NCBI RefSeq assembly: GCF_963921235.1
Contig: NC_086097.1
Location: forward strand, 39,496,001-39,560,000
Length of the DNA stretch: 64,000 bases
Reading direction: 5' to 3'
From: Mobula hypostoma
Taxonomy: Eukaryota
Positions 1-12,509 of this stretch are shown piece after piece. A model generated the notes under the pieces. That model saw only the letters and a list, made by a program, of their open reading frames with translations, did no database searches and was not told where the DNA came from. Positions within the stretch are counted from its first letter, which is position 1. The number at the start of each line of letters is the position of its first letter. The position numbers and the translations under genes are program-made.

Positions 1-99
1 CTCTGGAAATTTATTAGCTGATCCATCTGAGGCCTTTTAAACTGAACATTATTTCAGCCAGATTGACAAATTCAACTATGTTGGAAAATATTGGTGAGA

Positions 100-1489
100 A
101 ACGGGCTCATTTACAGCCACAGCAGCAGCAGCAGATGAAACGATTAATTATGAAATTTAAGGATTTATTTCCTGATATCCCAAATGAACCACAGTGGCCT
201 TATATGATGTAGATGTGGGTAATGACAAACCTATAAAACAACATCCATATCGTATAAATATTGAAAAAATGCAAACTTGCTGAACAAGAAATTGAGTATA
301 TGTTAGAAAATGATGTTATTAGACCTTCTACTTTGGATTGGAGTTCACTTTGTATATCATGGTACCTAAACCAGATGGTAGTATCAGATTCTGCACTGAT
401 TACCGAAAGGTGAATGTTGTAACAGAAACAGATGCTTATCCATTCCCTAGAGTGGATGATTGTGTAGACAAGGCTGGAAAAGCCAAGTTTCTTTCAAAGA
501 TTGATCTGTTAAAAGGATATTGGTATGTTCCTTTAACAGATAGAGGTAGAGAAATTTCTGCCTTTGTGACGCCTTCTGGGTTGTATGAATACGATGTTCT
601 GCCATTTAGAATGAAAAATGCTCCGGGAACATCCCAGAGAATGATTAATTCTGTAATTCAAGGGTTAGAACACACAGACGCCAATATTGATGATTTGGTC
701 ACGGGTAATGACACCTGGGAAGCCCATATCTCTGCAGTGGAAAAGCTGTTTGAAAGACTCTGAAAAGCCAACATTACAATTAACCTAGCTAAGAATGAAT
801 TTGGCCATGCCACTGTGACCTATCTTGGTTATGTTGTAGGTTAAGGCAGGTTGGCTCCTGTTCAGGCAAAAGTTCAGGAAATTTATGAGGTTCCCATTCC
901 AGGTGGGAAAAGGGCTCTTTGTAGATTTCTGGGAATGGCCGAATATTATCGCAAGTTCTGTAAGAACTTTGCTGATATTGTTCTCCCATTGACTAACCTC
1001 CTGAAGAAGGGTGAAAAGTTTGTTTGGACAGAACCTTGTCAGGAGGCATTTGATAAATTGAATGCTATCTTATGTCACCAACTTGTGCTCAGGTCACCTG
1101 ATTTTGCCAAGCCATTCTCCATAGCTGTGGATGCCAGTGATGAAACTGCAGGAGAAGTGTTACTGCAAAGGGATGATTATGATGAAGTTGGCCATCTTGT
1201 AGCTTACTTTTCAAAGAAATTCAATGAGCATCAAAGAAATTATTCCACCATAGAGAAGGAATTATTATCACCTATTTTGGCTTTGCAGCATTTTGAGGTG
1301 TATGTTTGCACAGCTCACAAACAACTTGTGGTTTACCCAGATCATAATCCATTGGTGTTCTTGAGTAAGCTGAAAAACAAACATAGAAGGTTGCTGAATT
1401 GGAGTTTGGTTTTGCAAGAGTATGATCTCATGATAACTCACATTAAAGGCAAAGATAATGTAATTGCCGACTATCTTTCCAGATGTTAA
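100..1489 (+). pseudogene. Disrupted pol (RT-RNase H)
   Basis: ORFs 338-763 and 851-1489 are pieces of one pol broken by stops and upstream frameshifts. Confidence 0.88.
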
Positions 1490-1666
1490 ACTTGCAATGT
1501 AATTTTAATAATGGAGTGGAATTTGGTATTTGTATATGCTCCTGCAATATGTTGTATTAATTTGTAGTGTGCTGTATCATAACCGTATATGTATTGTTCC
1601 ACATATTGTAGATTGTAGTTAAAAGTTTGCTCTTACAGATCAAAATTTTATCTTCTTTGGGGGAGG

Positions 1667-2423
1667 TGTTATGTGTCCACAGTTACATTTCCCTGGGAGT
1701 CCATAATTTCGTTTACTGTGGGTGTCATGTGGCCCCAGTTTTGTTTTACTGGGAGTCCATAGTTTCGTTTCTGTAAGTGTTACCTTATGATGTGTGCTGA
1801 TGGTGTAAAAGAAATGTGGGCATTGTGCTGAGAAGGAGTCGAAGGAAAGAGAGAGAGAGTGAAGATCACAGACTTTGAGCTATCCGGCAACAACTCATGA
1901 TCGCGAAGGGTAAAGTCTAATGCTTACCCAAACCCAAAGGATTGGGTTAATCAGCGGCACACTGTGCATTGTGGAGACATGTCTGCCCTTCATATAATCC
2001 ATGGGTGTGGATTTCGTGACAGTTACTTTGTGAAATCGCCCTTCATGGACTTCAGAACAGTATTCCTCGGCTGGGATCTTCGGTAACCGTTTCTTCATTC
2101 ACTAGCTGTGGAATCTTTGGAATTCGTCGTGATCGCCTCGTTGCTGCACTGTGAATCCACAAATCTCTCCTCTCACCTTTTATGTGAATTACTGGGACTC
2201 TCTTTACTGCCACCTTACAACTGTGCTTGAGTAAGATTTGTTAAGAACGGGTTCTAAGTTTGACTGTAAGGGAGCTAAAGATGCATAACACTGTTAACTT
2301 CTGTTTAAAAAGTTGTTAATTTTCTATATTTTTGAGTAGCTGTAAATAAATATAGTGGTTTTAATATTAAAACCCAACTCAATTTGTCATCTCTTGCTGC
2401 TGGTATGTTACGAAATCGTAACA
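1667..2423 (+). repeat. 3' LTR of the Gmr1-like element
   Basis: Starts TGTTATG directly after the PPT and ends CGTAACA. AATAAA near 2345. Internal ~56-bp imperfect duplication at 1671-1781. Confidence 0.85.
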
Positions 2424-5049
2424 CGGCCAACTGGTATTTCATTGTGGTTGTAACTCACTTCCTTTCATTTCATTCCCTTATCTCCCTTCCTTTCATTTCA
2501 GTCTTGTTAAGTCTTGACCAAAACACAGCAATGGCTATGCTCCCTGCTTACCTTAGTCCTCATTCTGTGAAACAAGACTACAGCTTAGATTGATGCTGTA
2601 AAGGAGAAGAACTAATTTTGTATTGAGTTACTGCTTCTGAGCCTTAGTGTTGGCGTTAGTTTTTGTTTGAGAGTTTTAGTTGACTGCCCTGTTGGTCCAG
2701 TGGCCCAAACTACCTACGGTCACTCAGGGGAGGCACTTAATGGAGTTTGCAAACTTTTATTGTCACTTCATTAGAAACATCAGTTCCATCATGGCCTCCA
2801 TAAGTACACTCACCAAAAAGACCCCTACTGGATTTCTATGAACAAATGAAGCAGACCAAGCATTTTCAGAACTGAAATGACACTTCACCACTGCCCCAAT
2901 GCTCCTACATCAAGACCCATCCCTTCCATTCATCATTGAAGCTGATGCATCAGATGTCAGCATTGGAGCTGTACTCTCCCAGCACTCATTTGTAGAGAAT
3001 TGGCTGCACCCCTGTGCTTTTCTTTCCTATCGCTTTAGTCCTGCAGAATGTAACTATGATGTCGGGAACCGAGGGGCACAGCACCCCGTTTTGATATGGA
3101 GGGATCACAAGGATCTCCCCTACATCCATGATGCTAAGGGACTTAATTCTTGTCAAGCCAATTGGTTTCTTTTCTTCACCTGGTTTAATTTCACTCCCGC
3201 CTACAATCCTGGCAGCAAGAATACTAAGGCTGATGCTCTCTCCTGCCAGTTTGATATCACTGAAGACAATGCCATTCCAGAGCCCATCCCTTTGTCATTT
3301 TTGCATAGCTGTGATTTGGGGAATAGAAGCAGAAAGAACATTTGGACCAGGCCCAGGTGGAGGACCTCCCAACCAGCTGTTTTCCCTGCCACTGTGCACC
3401 CTGAGTGTTGGAGTGGGGTTACTCTTCCCATCTGGTTGGCCATCCAGTGATTCAATGGACCCTGGAATTCATGGAGAGATGATTTTGATAGCCATCTATG
3501 TCCCAGGATATCCACGGCTTTATCTCTGCCTGACTCACTTGTGCCCAGAACAAGATAACATGTCAGCGCCCTCCTGGTCTGCTCTGCCCATTGCCCGTGC
3601 CTGTTGGTCTCTGGTCCCACCTCTTGCTGGATTTTATCACTGGCTTGTCTCCGTCAGATGGGAACATTACCATTCTGGTAGTTGTGGGCAAAGCTGCCCA
3701 CTTCATTGCTCTCTTCAAGCTCCCATTGGCTCATGAAACTACCACCCTCCTGGTTCAGCATGTGTTCAGGCTGCATGGCTTCCCTCAAGACGTAGTGTCT
3801 GATCAAAGACCACAGTTCATGTCCCATTTTCGGTAAGCTTTCTGTTATCTTTTGAGAGCCATGGCCAGCCTCTTTCCAGGTTTTGACTGCCAATCTAACA
3901 GCCAGACTGAGAGAGTGAATCAGGAGCTGGAGACAATCCTGTGCTACCTTGTCACTTCTAACCCCACAACCTGGAGCTCCCAAATGGTTTGGGTACAGAT
4001 TGCCTACAATAACTTTCAGTCATCCTCCACTGGCATGTCACCCTTTGAGTGCCAAAAGGGACTCCAGTCAACACCTTTCCCTGACCAGGAGACTGATGTG
4101 AGAGTTCTGGCTGCTGAACAGTTGGTCCTGCGTTACAAGCACAGGTAGAGATGGGCCATGACTTTTCTGCAGTAAAATCGGAAACATTATACCTGGCAGG
4201 CTGATCGGCTCTGTTGGCAGCTGACGCCTCTCAAGGCAGGGAAGAAAGTCTGGCTGGTGTCCATATATTTTCCTTTGAAAATTTGAGAGCCTCAAGTTGG
4301 CCGCACACTACAGGGGCCCATTCATAGTGGAGAAGGCTATCAACTGATCCTCCAATGTGATGTGCCTGCCATGATCGATGGAAATTCACTCAGTGTTCCA
4401 TGTTCCACAGATACAGCCGGTGACTTCTGTCCTCTTTGTTGCAGTCAGCCCCTCTCCCCTCCTGGCATCTCACCAGGTGTGGAAAAGGGTCCAGCTTCTC
4501 ATGGGGCACGGCCCAGGGGAATGTTCTTGGAATCCGGTTCATGATATCCTGGACAAGTCTCTCATACTGAATTTCCATTGGGCCTGGGGAGGGGTCCCTG
4601 TCACAACCACAGACTCTGCCACTGAGCCTGGCTGCCCTTGCAGGTGGGCTGCTGAGCGGGGTTGGCAATCACGCTCATGAGTATGCAAGTTCCAGCCAAT
4701 TAGTGTTTCACTGTGGTTGTATTTAACTCCCTTCCTTTTGTTGCAATCTGGTGAAGTCTTGGCCAAGCACAGTGGCAGCTACGCTTTCTGCTTACCTTAG
4801 TCCTCATTCTGGGAAAGAAGGCTACGGCCTTGTAAGGAAGTGGAACTAATTTAATTATTAAGTTACTGCTTCCAAGCTTCGGTGTCAGTGTGAGCTTTAG
4901 TTTGAGAGTTTTAGTTGATGGCCCTGTTGGCCTAGCATTTATTATTTTACCCTTTGTTCTGCACAGTTCTTATTAAAGTTCAGTGAGCTGTTCAGTCAGC
5001 TTCAGTGTCTCTTCCTCTGCCCTTGGGCCATCACCGCACATTTGTGTCA
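2424..5049 (+). mobile_element. Degenerate, internally deleted chromovirus (sushi-like Gypsy): partial 5' LTR, RNase H, integrase, chromodomain relic, 3' LTR
   Basis: [17 protein letters not shown] (RNase H); [31 protein letters not shown] and QTERVNQELE (integrase); GHGPGECSWNPVHDILDKSLILNFH (chromodomain-like). 2424-2700 aligns by eye to 4693-4935 of the 3' LTR (TGTCACA at 4599 to TGTGTCA at 5049). Confidence 0.85.
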
Positions 5050-5560
5050 TACAAGTCATCAGCCCTGAGTATGATCACGCCTTCAGGCTGTTTCATGTTC
5101 AGCAGTGAGGATGGATAACAGATCGATCAACAGTGATGGCTTCAGGAAGTTTGCAATGTATTTAGGTTTCACACATCACAAAAATCACATCTTGCTGACT
5201 GGCTGCCGGTAGTGAACACTAAAGTCATCTGTTCCGCTTATGCTGGAAGGAACGTACAAATTGCACAGCAGCTCCATGGTCAGTGAATTGAATACTCAAA
5301 GCTACACTCAGTTTTACACAGCCAGTGTGTTCAGGACAGTTGATTGACATCTATGCAAGCATGATAATGCCAAGAAAAACAACGTGAAATCAAATGCAAA
5401 GAAGCACATGAAATTCACTACATAGCTGAGACAGTCTAGTAAATATAGTTCTTGTGAAATACAATAATCAGACAGGCCAGGTAAACAACTCTACATGTTA
5501 TGCAGTCATTTGAGTTGATTAGGAAAGAATCCATGATCACAGCATTGAATAATTTGGTTT
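5050..5560 (+). mobile_element. Ancient Gypsy integrase relic
   Basis: Hand translation from 5105 gives VRMDNRSINSDGFRKFAMYLGFTHHK/ITSC*LAAGSE, matching the integrase core pattern SDNGPxFxSxxF..H..ITPxxPxxNGxxE. Confidence 0.6.
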
Positions 5561-5619
5561 GCATCATTAAACGATATATATTTACCATGGCTTTTAACAA
5601 GGTCACATATGGTATACTG

Positions 5620-7400
5620 GTTCAGAAGGTAAACATACACTTATTATCAACATATATACTGTTACGTACCCCGTAACTGGGTTGCCAAACCAGCAGAAAT
5701 GGATCACTCAGTTGGAGTCTGGAGTACTAGAACTAAGAAAGTTTTATTAAAGAAACAAGCAACACAGTAATCGAAAGGATAATAAATGCAACAGTTCAGT
5801 GATGATAAACACACATGTGCACAGCATTAAGATAACAGCATCAATCAAGCTCTACCGTTGTCTAGGGGTAAATGACCAAATTTCAAAATGACTCAAAGTT
5901 CAGTCCAGTTAGTAGTTCAGTTCGCAGTAATCGTTGCCCTGGCGATGGACAACGTGGGGGGAAGAGAGACAGAGAGAACAGGAACAACTGATCATTCAGA
6001 ACACTGCTTCACTCACAGACCAGCGAGATGGCTCACAGACCAGCGAGATGGCTCACAAACAGATTTTGGGCGGGTCCTTGGTGATGTCACCTGAGGTCAC
6101 CGACTGTGACCCCTCCTCCAGATGCGGTCGATCCTCTGCAGTGAACCCGGCACCCAGGCAAGGGCGGACACACACCGGGTTCCCGCTGATCGTACCTTTC
6201 CACCCTTGTCGTTGTCTGATACTTCTCACCCACTCGTGAGAGGCGCACCGCTTCCAGGGTCTCGTTACCTCGGGTGGCGTGTGTCCCTGTCTTAGCGAAC
6301 CTGTCCCTTTTTATCCCCCTGCTGGGGTATCGCCTGTCCATCACTTCAAACAGTTCAGGGTTCAAAGGGGGGGAGCCGCTCCAGACAGCTCTCTCTCCCA
6401 CATCCCTTCATTACACATCTCCAGACGCTGCTCCATTGTTCCTCATCTCTCCTTCCCCTGAGGGCAGGTGGCAGACCAACTGCTGATGCCACTGATGCTA
6501 GCCCAGGCCAGCAAACATCTTAATTTTATGTGTATTCTCGTAACAATACGCAGTATACAACTCTGAGAATCACCTTTTCCAGACAGCCATGAAGCAAAGA
6601 AAACCATGGAGCCATTCAAGGAAGGACATCAACGCCCCCCATGTAAAGAAAAAAAACAAATAGTGCAAACAGCAACAGGAACATCAACTTCCCCTACGCG
6701 CAAAATACTAATTGCGCAAATGGCAACAAGAACATCACCCCCCGCCACACAAGAAAAATACTAATTGCACAAATGGCAATAAGAACATCAAACCTTGAAT
6801 ACTCCACCTCACGCAAAAACACAAACAAATCGCATTAATGGCAACAAGAACATAAAACCCGAACCACCTCCCTGCACAAAGAAACAAACAAATCATGCAA
6901 ACAGCAACAAGAAAGAATGGGTGGAAACACAGAGTATAAACGCGTAAAACTGAAGAGTCTAAGTGAACTACAGTCCAATGCATAAAATGCAGGTCCAGAA
7001 CTTTGGTATCATTCCCCAACAGCATCAGGGAGAGACACCATTCAAATGCAAAGGCCTTCCCTTGGGAACAGGGACCGAGAGACTGTCGCACACAGACACC
7101 CCCTCTGGCAGCAATGAACGTGAGGCTGGTAGATGGTGCTGAACATTCGCTGGCCTTCCACACTCGCCTTGATGTTTCAATCTTTCTCAATGCTTTAATC
7201 GGTGTGAAATGGAGTTGATTATGGGCTCGTGCCCCACCTCTAAACTTCTAGGCCTCGAGCTCGCTCACCTCCTGGAATCTTCTCAGAGACAGCAAAGTGC
7301 CAGGTTGCTCAATCGATCTTCAAATTGTAGATGTCAGGTTCTAACAGTACCAGAAGCACATTTAAAATAAAAAGAAACAGAAGAAGTGAAAGAACAGTTT
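5620..7400 (-). repeat. Dispersed non-coding repeat (LINE-tail or SINE-like) split by the solo LTR, with an internal degenerate tandem array
   Basis: The end motif (tttattatcaa..tatacaactctgag..cagccac..aaagaaaacc) recurs at ~53520, ~58925 and in reverse at 23236-23418. Five to six ~52-62 bp units (gcaaatggcaacaagaacatca) at 6620-6915. Confidence 0.6.
5660..6545 (-). mobile_element. Solo LTR (886 bp) with 4-bp TSD
   Basis: Termini TGTTACG...CGTAACA. ATAC on both flanks (5656-5659, 6546-6549). AATAAA on the minus strand near 5745. 20-bp tandem duplication at ~6014-6056. Confidence 0.92.
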
Positions 7401-7794
7401 CACTCGTTTTCAAGCGTGGTACATTATCAAGACAGTGAAGTCTCCTGTCATTGTAGCTTCTGCCATACACTCTCATCAGTTCATGCAGAGGCCATGTAAA
7501 TGTCTGCAGGAAAGAACAGCCAAAATCAATTTTGATGTTCCAAATTCACTAAATTTGCCAAGGGAAATCAACAATGTTTTTCAACAAATCCTTTGACGTT
7601 CCTATTACCGCTTTGTGATGCAGCAAATATACGTTTGTATATCGGAAAGAAGGCAGAGATTTATATTCAAAACAGTACACTAAATATTTACACGTTGAGA
7701 CTTTAAGACTTGCTGCAAATCGACAGCCTGGGATGCACTTACATTAAGAAGTAGTCACACCACATGATTTTGCGTCTAAAAGGCTCAAAGAAGA

Positions 7795-8260
7795 AAGAAT
7801 GAGTGCAGCACAAGAGTACACGACACATTTGGTCCACAATGTTGTGTTGAACTAATTTAGTAATCATATGCACATATTAACTAAACCCTTCTGCCAATGC
7901 AGTGTCCATATCTTTCCATTTCCTGCACATTCATGTGCCTATCAAAATACTTTTGAATGCCTGTATTGTTTTTGCCTCTCCGGCCACCCAAAGCAGTGCA
8001 TTCCAGACACCCACCATTCTATGTGAAACAAACCTCTCAACTTAAAGGCATTTTAACTCTGGGGAAAAAAGGTAATGGTTCATTATCTTATAAACCTCAA
8101 TCAGAACTCCGCTCAGCCTCCATCACTCCAGGGAAATAACCAAAGTTTGTCCAACTTCTCCTTATAGAACATACTTTCTAATCCAGGAAGAATCCTGGAA
8201 AACTTCTTCTGCACCCTTCCTATCATGGGTGACTATAACTGTATGTCATCTCCAGACACT
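7795..8260 (-). mobile_element. Old CR1 LINE 3' fragment
   Basis: Degenerate match to the CR1 3' ends elsewhere in the window. Confidence 0.6.
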
Positions 8261-8334
8261 CCGGGCTCCTTTCTGTGGCTTGGCTCCTTTGCCTAATGGC
8301 AGCTCACTTTGCCAGAGCCCACCATTAATCAGAG

Positions 8335-10780
8335 AGCATAGAATATAGAACAGTGCAGCTCAGTACGGGCTCTTTGGCATACAATGTTGTGTTGACCCAT
8401 ATAAACCTTCTTCTCAATCAGCCTATGCCTTCCCTCCTACACAGCCCATAATATTCCATTTTTCTTACATCAATGTCCCTATCTAAGAGTGTCTTAGATG
8501 TCCCTTCTGTATCAGCCTCTTCCATCACCTCTGGCAGTGCGTACCAGGTAACTACCACTCCATGTAAAAAAAAAATTCCTCTGACTTCTCCCCGAAACTT
8601 TCCTCCACTCTCCTACGATGGACGTCCTCTGGAATTGGGCATTGCTGCCTGGGGGAAAAAACTGCCTATCTTTTCCCCTTATTATCCTATACACCTATCT
8701 CAAGTCACCTCTCATTCTCCTTCACTCCAAAGAGAAATACCCTAGCTCACCCAACCTTTTCTCATAAGTCATGCTCTCCAATCCAGATAGCATCCTTGTA
8801 AATCTCATCTGCACCCTTACTAAATTTTCCACATATTTCCTATAATGAGGCAACCAGAACTGAACACAATAATCCAAGTGTGGACTAACCAGAGTTTTAT
8901 AGAGCTGCTCTTGAACTCAGGCCCCTGACTACACAACTTCTTAAACCCTCTACTAACTTGTGTGGCAACTTTGAGGAATCAATGGACCTAGGCCCCAAGA
9001 TCCCTTTGTTCCTCCACACTGCTATGAGTCTTCTACTTTGCCTTCAGATTTGATCTTCTGAAGTGTATCACTTCAGACTTTCCCATATGGAAGTCCATCT
9101 GCCATTTCTCTGTCCTGCTCATGTATTAGAACATGTATTAGCAGTGGCTGATTGGCAGGAGGGAAAGAGCGGGAATAAAGAGAGCCCTTTCTGTTTGGCT
9201 GTAGGTGATTAGTGCTGTTCCATAGGGGTCTGTGTTGCGACTGATTCTTTTTATGTTATATGTCAATAATTTGTATGATGGTATTGATGGCTTTGTGGCC
9301 ATGTTTGCGGACAATATGAAGATAGAGGGAGGGGCGGGTAGTGTTGAGGATTCAGGGAGGCTACAGAAGGACTTAGACAGATTAGGAGAAAGGGCGAAGA
9401 AGTGGCAGATGGAATACAATTTCAGTAAGTGTATGGTCATACACTTTGGTAGAAGAAATAAAAACATGGATTATTTTATAAATGGAGAGAAAATTCAAAA
9501 GTCTGAGGTGCAAAGGGACTTGGGAGTCCTCATGTAGGTTGAGTTGGTGGTGAGGAAGGCAAATGCAATGTTAGTATTCATTTTGATAGGATTAAAATAT
9601 AAAAGTAAGGATGTAATGTTAAAGCTCTGTAAGACACTGGTGAGACCCCATTTGGAGTATTTTGAGCAGTTCTGGGGCCCTTATCTAAGAAAGGATGTGC
9701 TTACATTGCAGAGGGTTCAAAGGATGTTCATGAAAATGGTTCCTGGATTGAAAGGCTTATTATATGAGGAATGTTTGATAGCTCTGGGCCTGTACTCACT
9801 CTAATTCAAAAGAATGAGGGGAGATTTCATTGAAACCTGTCGAGTATTGAAAGGCCTTGTTAGAGTAGTTTTGGAGGAGGTGTTTTCCTATGGTGTGGGA
9901 GCCTAAGACCAGAGGATGTCCCTCTATTCAGCCTCAGGATAGAGGGGCATCCATTTAGAAACAGAGATGAAAAGGATTTTCTTCAGTCATAGAGTGGTAA
10001 ATCAGTGGAATTTGATGCCTCAGGTGCCTATGGAAGTCAAGTCATTGGGTATAATTAAGGCAGAGGTTGATAGATTCTTGATTAGTCAGGGCATGAAGGG
10101 TTATGGGAAAAGGCAGGAGAATGGGGCTGAGAGGGAAATAGATCAGCCATTATGAAATGGTGGAACAGATTCGATGGGCCAAATGGCTTAATTCTGCTCC
10201 TATATCTTATGGTCTATATCCCCTTGTAACCTATGATAAACCTACGCTTTCCACAGCACCACCAACCTTCATGTCATCTGCAAACTTACTTCCACTTCCT
10301 CGTCCAAGTCATTTATAAAAAGCACAAAGAGCAGGGGTCTTAGAACAGATCCCTGAGGAACACCACTAGTCACTGACCTCCAGGGAGAATGCATTCCACC
10401 TACTGCCGCTCATTCCCATCTGTGGGTAATCAAGGCAAACCACGTGGCCATGTTTCCATGTTTCCCATGCTTCGTGGCTTTCTCAATGAGCCTACCATGG
10501 GAAACCTTATCAGATGCATTACTAAAATCCATCATCAGCACGTCCACCACTCTATTTTCATCAACTTATTTTGTCACCAACTCAAAATTTCACTCGGGGT
10601 CGTGTCATATGACCTGCCCCTCACAATGCCATGCTGACTATCCCTAATAAGACTATGCTTCTCCAAATGCTTGTAAATCCTGCTCCTAAGAATCCGCTCC
10701 AATAGTTTTCCCACCATTGACATAAGAATCACTGGTGTATAATGCCTAGGATTATCCCTATTACCTTTTTTGAACAACAG
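8335..10780 (-). mobile_element. CR1 LINE RT and 3' end, interrupted by an opposite-strand CR1
   Basis: Minus-strand LFKKGNRDNPRHYTPVILMSMVGKLLE..SQHG. The sequence resumes collinearly after the 9135-10215 insert. Tail near 8335. Confidence 0.8.
9135..10215 (+). mobile_element. 5'-truncated CR1 LINE
   Basis: AMFADNMKI, DLDRLGERAKKWQMEYN, LVRPHLEY; tcttatggtc tail. Confidence 0.9.
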
Positions 10781-12381
10781 TGCTGTTGTCTGATCCATAA
10801 AGTGAGACAGTTGGATTTGGTGACTCATCCCCAACAGACATGGGCTCTGGTCAAACGGAGGGGCTGGAGTCGAAGGCCTAGAGTGGAGCCTGAGTCTGCA
10901 AAACTCTGTGAGTCTGCTTGGGAATTTGGGGCCTATTGTCTGCAAATCAAGGATTTCTCAAATAAAAATGGTGGAGGTGTTTTATATTTAAGAAAAATTG
11001 TGACAACTCCCAAACCTGAATACAAAATGCTGTAAAAGTACTTTATGTAATTATGTCTTCACATCAGACCTGCTTCTTAACTCAATGTCGGTGGCTGTGA
11101 ATTATGTATGTTTCCCCCAATTACATTACCCTACCCCCCCCCCCCCAGAATTTACTAAAACCAGCATTGTGAGCCTGTCCGGAGCTTGGACAAAATTCCA
11201 GCTCGGGTCCTGTGTTCCATGGGTGGAGGAGCAGCAGAGGCCCCTGGCTCGTCCAGAGGTGTGTTGATATGCTTATGGTCACGTCGTGATAGAAAGGGCA
11301 TGGTAGTGGAATCCTCCAAATCTTGGTGGGCTGGATTAAGGTGATCTACTGAAATACATTCACGTTTACCTCTCTTATCTATATTAAAAGTCTTTTCTCT
11401 CCATTCCACAATGCGGATCGATCTGTCGTTGGGGAGCCTATTTGTTTCCATCTGATATTTCCTCTGACAGTAGTCCCCAATTCATATCAGATTTCTGGGC
11501 GATGATGGTCCAGAATCACAAATAAGAGAGGTAAACCTGAATGTGTTTTGATGGATATCCTTAGTGGAGTGCCAAACCGAGCAACTCAGGTGCTGATAAA
11601 CACTGGAGCCATGTCTGCGGCTGTCGTCGATGCTAGACCAGCGATCTCTGGCCACCTGGTGGCACAATCTGCCATAGAAAGGACGTGCGTGAAACCACGG
11701 GAGTGGGGAAGAGGACCAACAAGATCCACACTGACGTGGTCAAACTGTCACTCAGGGACCTCCAAAGGTACCAAAGTTGCCTGAACATGACGGTTAATTT
11801 TGCCCGCTGGCATTCCACATAGGCTGCAGTCCAATCATGCATATCCTTTCTGAGGCTGAGCCACTCTAACTTTGGTGCAACCAGTTTCTGTGAGGCCTTC
11901 CGGCCTGGATGCAAGAGGCCAAGTATGGAGTCAAACAGTCTGTCTCCAGTTTGCAGGTACTGTGCGGTGGAGGCGACAATTTGAGACTTCACACAGGAGA
12001 GAAACTCTAGTTTCCTCAAACTTGATGTCAGCCAACTGCAGGCCTGTGACAGCTATTCAGTAAGCCTGAACCTCTGGGTCAATAGCTTGGTTGGCTGCCA
12101 TGCCGGCATAGCCAACCCTTATGAGTGTGGCTTCATTGGCTGGCCATGACAGGCAATCAGTCACAGCAGTATTTTTCCCTTTGATATGTTGTTTATCAAT
12201 TTTGAACTCGTATGTCAGCCAGCTGGCATTGCTGCCATGCAGACCAAGGGTCTGATATTTTTGCTATCGTGTGCATGAGGGGTTTGTGGTCAATGAATGC
12301 TGTGAATGGTGACTCTGTAGAAGAAAATGAAAATGGTGGACAGCCAGATAGAAACTGAGAAACTTATATTCAAAAGTGCTG

Positions 12382-12509
12382 TCACGAGGAATTCTGCAGA
12401 TGCTGGAAATTCAAGCAACACACATCAAGGTTGCTGGTGAACGCAGCAGGCCAGGCAGCATCTCTAGGAAGAGGTACAGTCGATGTTTCAGGCTGAGACC
12501 TTTCGTCAG
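12382..12509 (-). mobile_element. Penelope-derived terminal repeat fragment inserted in the Gypsy RNase H region
   Basis: Same repeat as 25995-26135. Contains CTGACGA..GAAAC on the minus strand. Confidence 0.75.
12477..12509 (-). ncRNA. Minimal type-I hammerhead ribozyme motif (stem I 5' arm lost)
   Basis: Minus strand reads CUGACGA A AGG-UCUCAG-CCU GAAA C AUC GACUG. Confidence 0.6.

Larger units (their letters stand above)
1..2423 (+). mobile_element. 3' part of a Gypsy LTR retrotransposon, Gmr1-like (RT-RNase H, then PPT and 3' LTR)
   Basis: RT motifs (VPKPDGSIRFCTDYRKVN, KIDLLKGYW, decayed YIDD as NIDD) and RNase H (VDASD, YSTIEKELL, DNVIADYLSRC*). Purine tract GGGGGAGG at 1659-1666, then TGTTA...TAACA LTR. 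Confidence 0.9.

Noticed and set aside
3128..3736. 202-aa ORF and other overlapping or antisense ORFs within repeats
   Set aside because: Off-frame or antisense readings of decayed TE sequence.
6620..6915. Repeat-spacer-like pattern suggestive of a CRISPR array
   Set aside because: Repeats are degenerate, the spacers resemble each other, there are no cas genes and the context is a vertebrate repeat.
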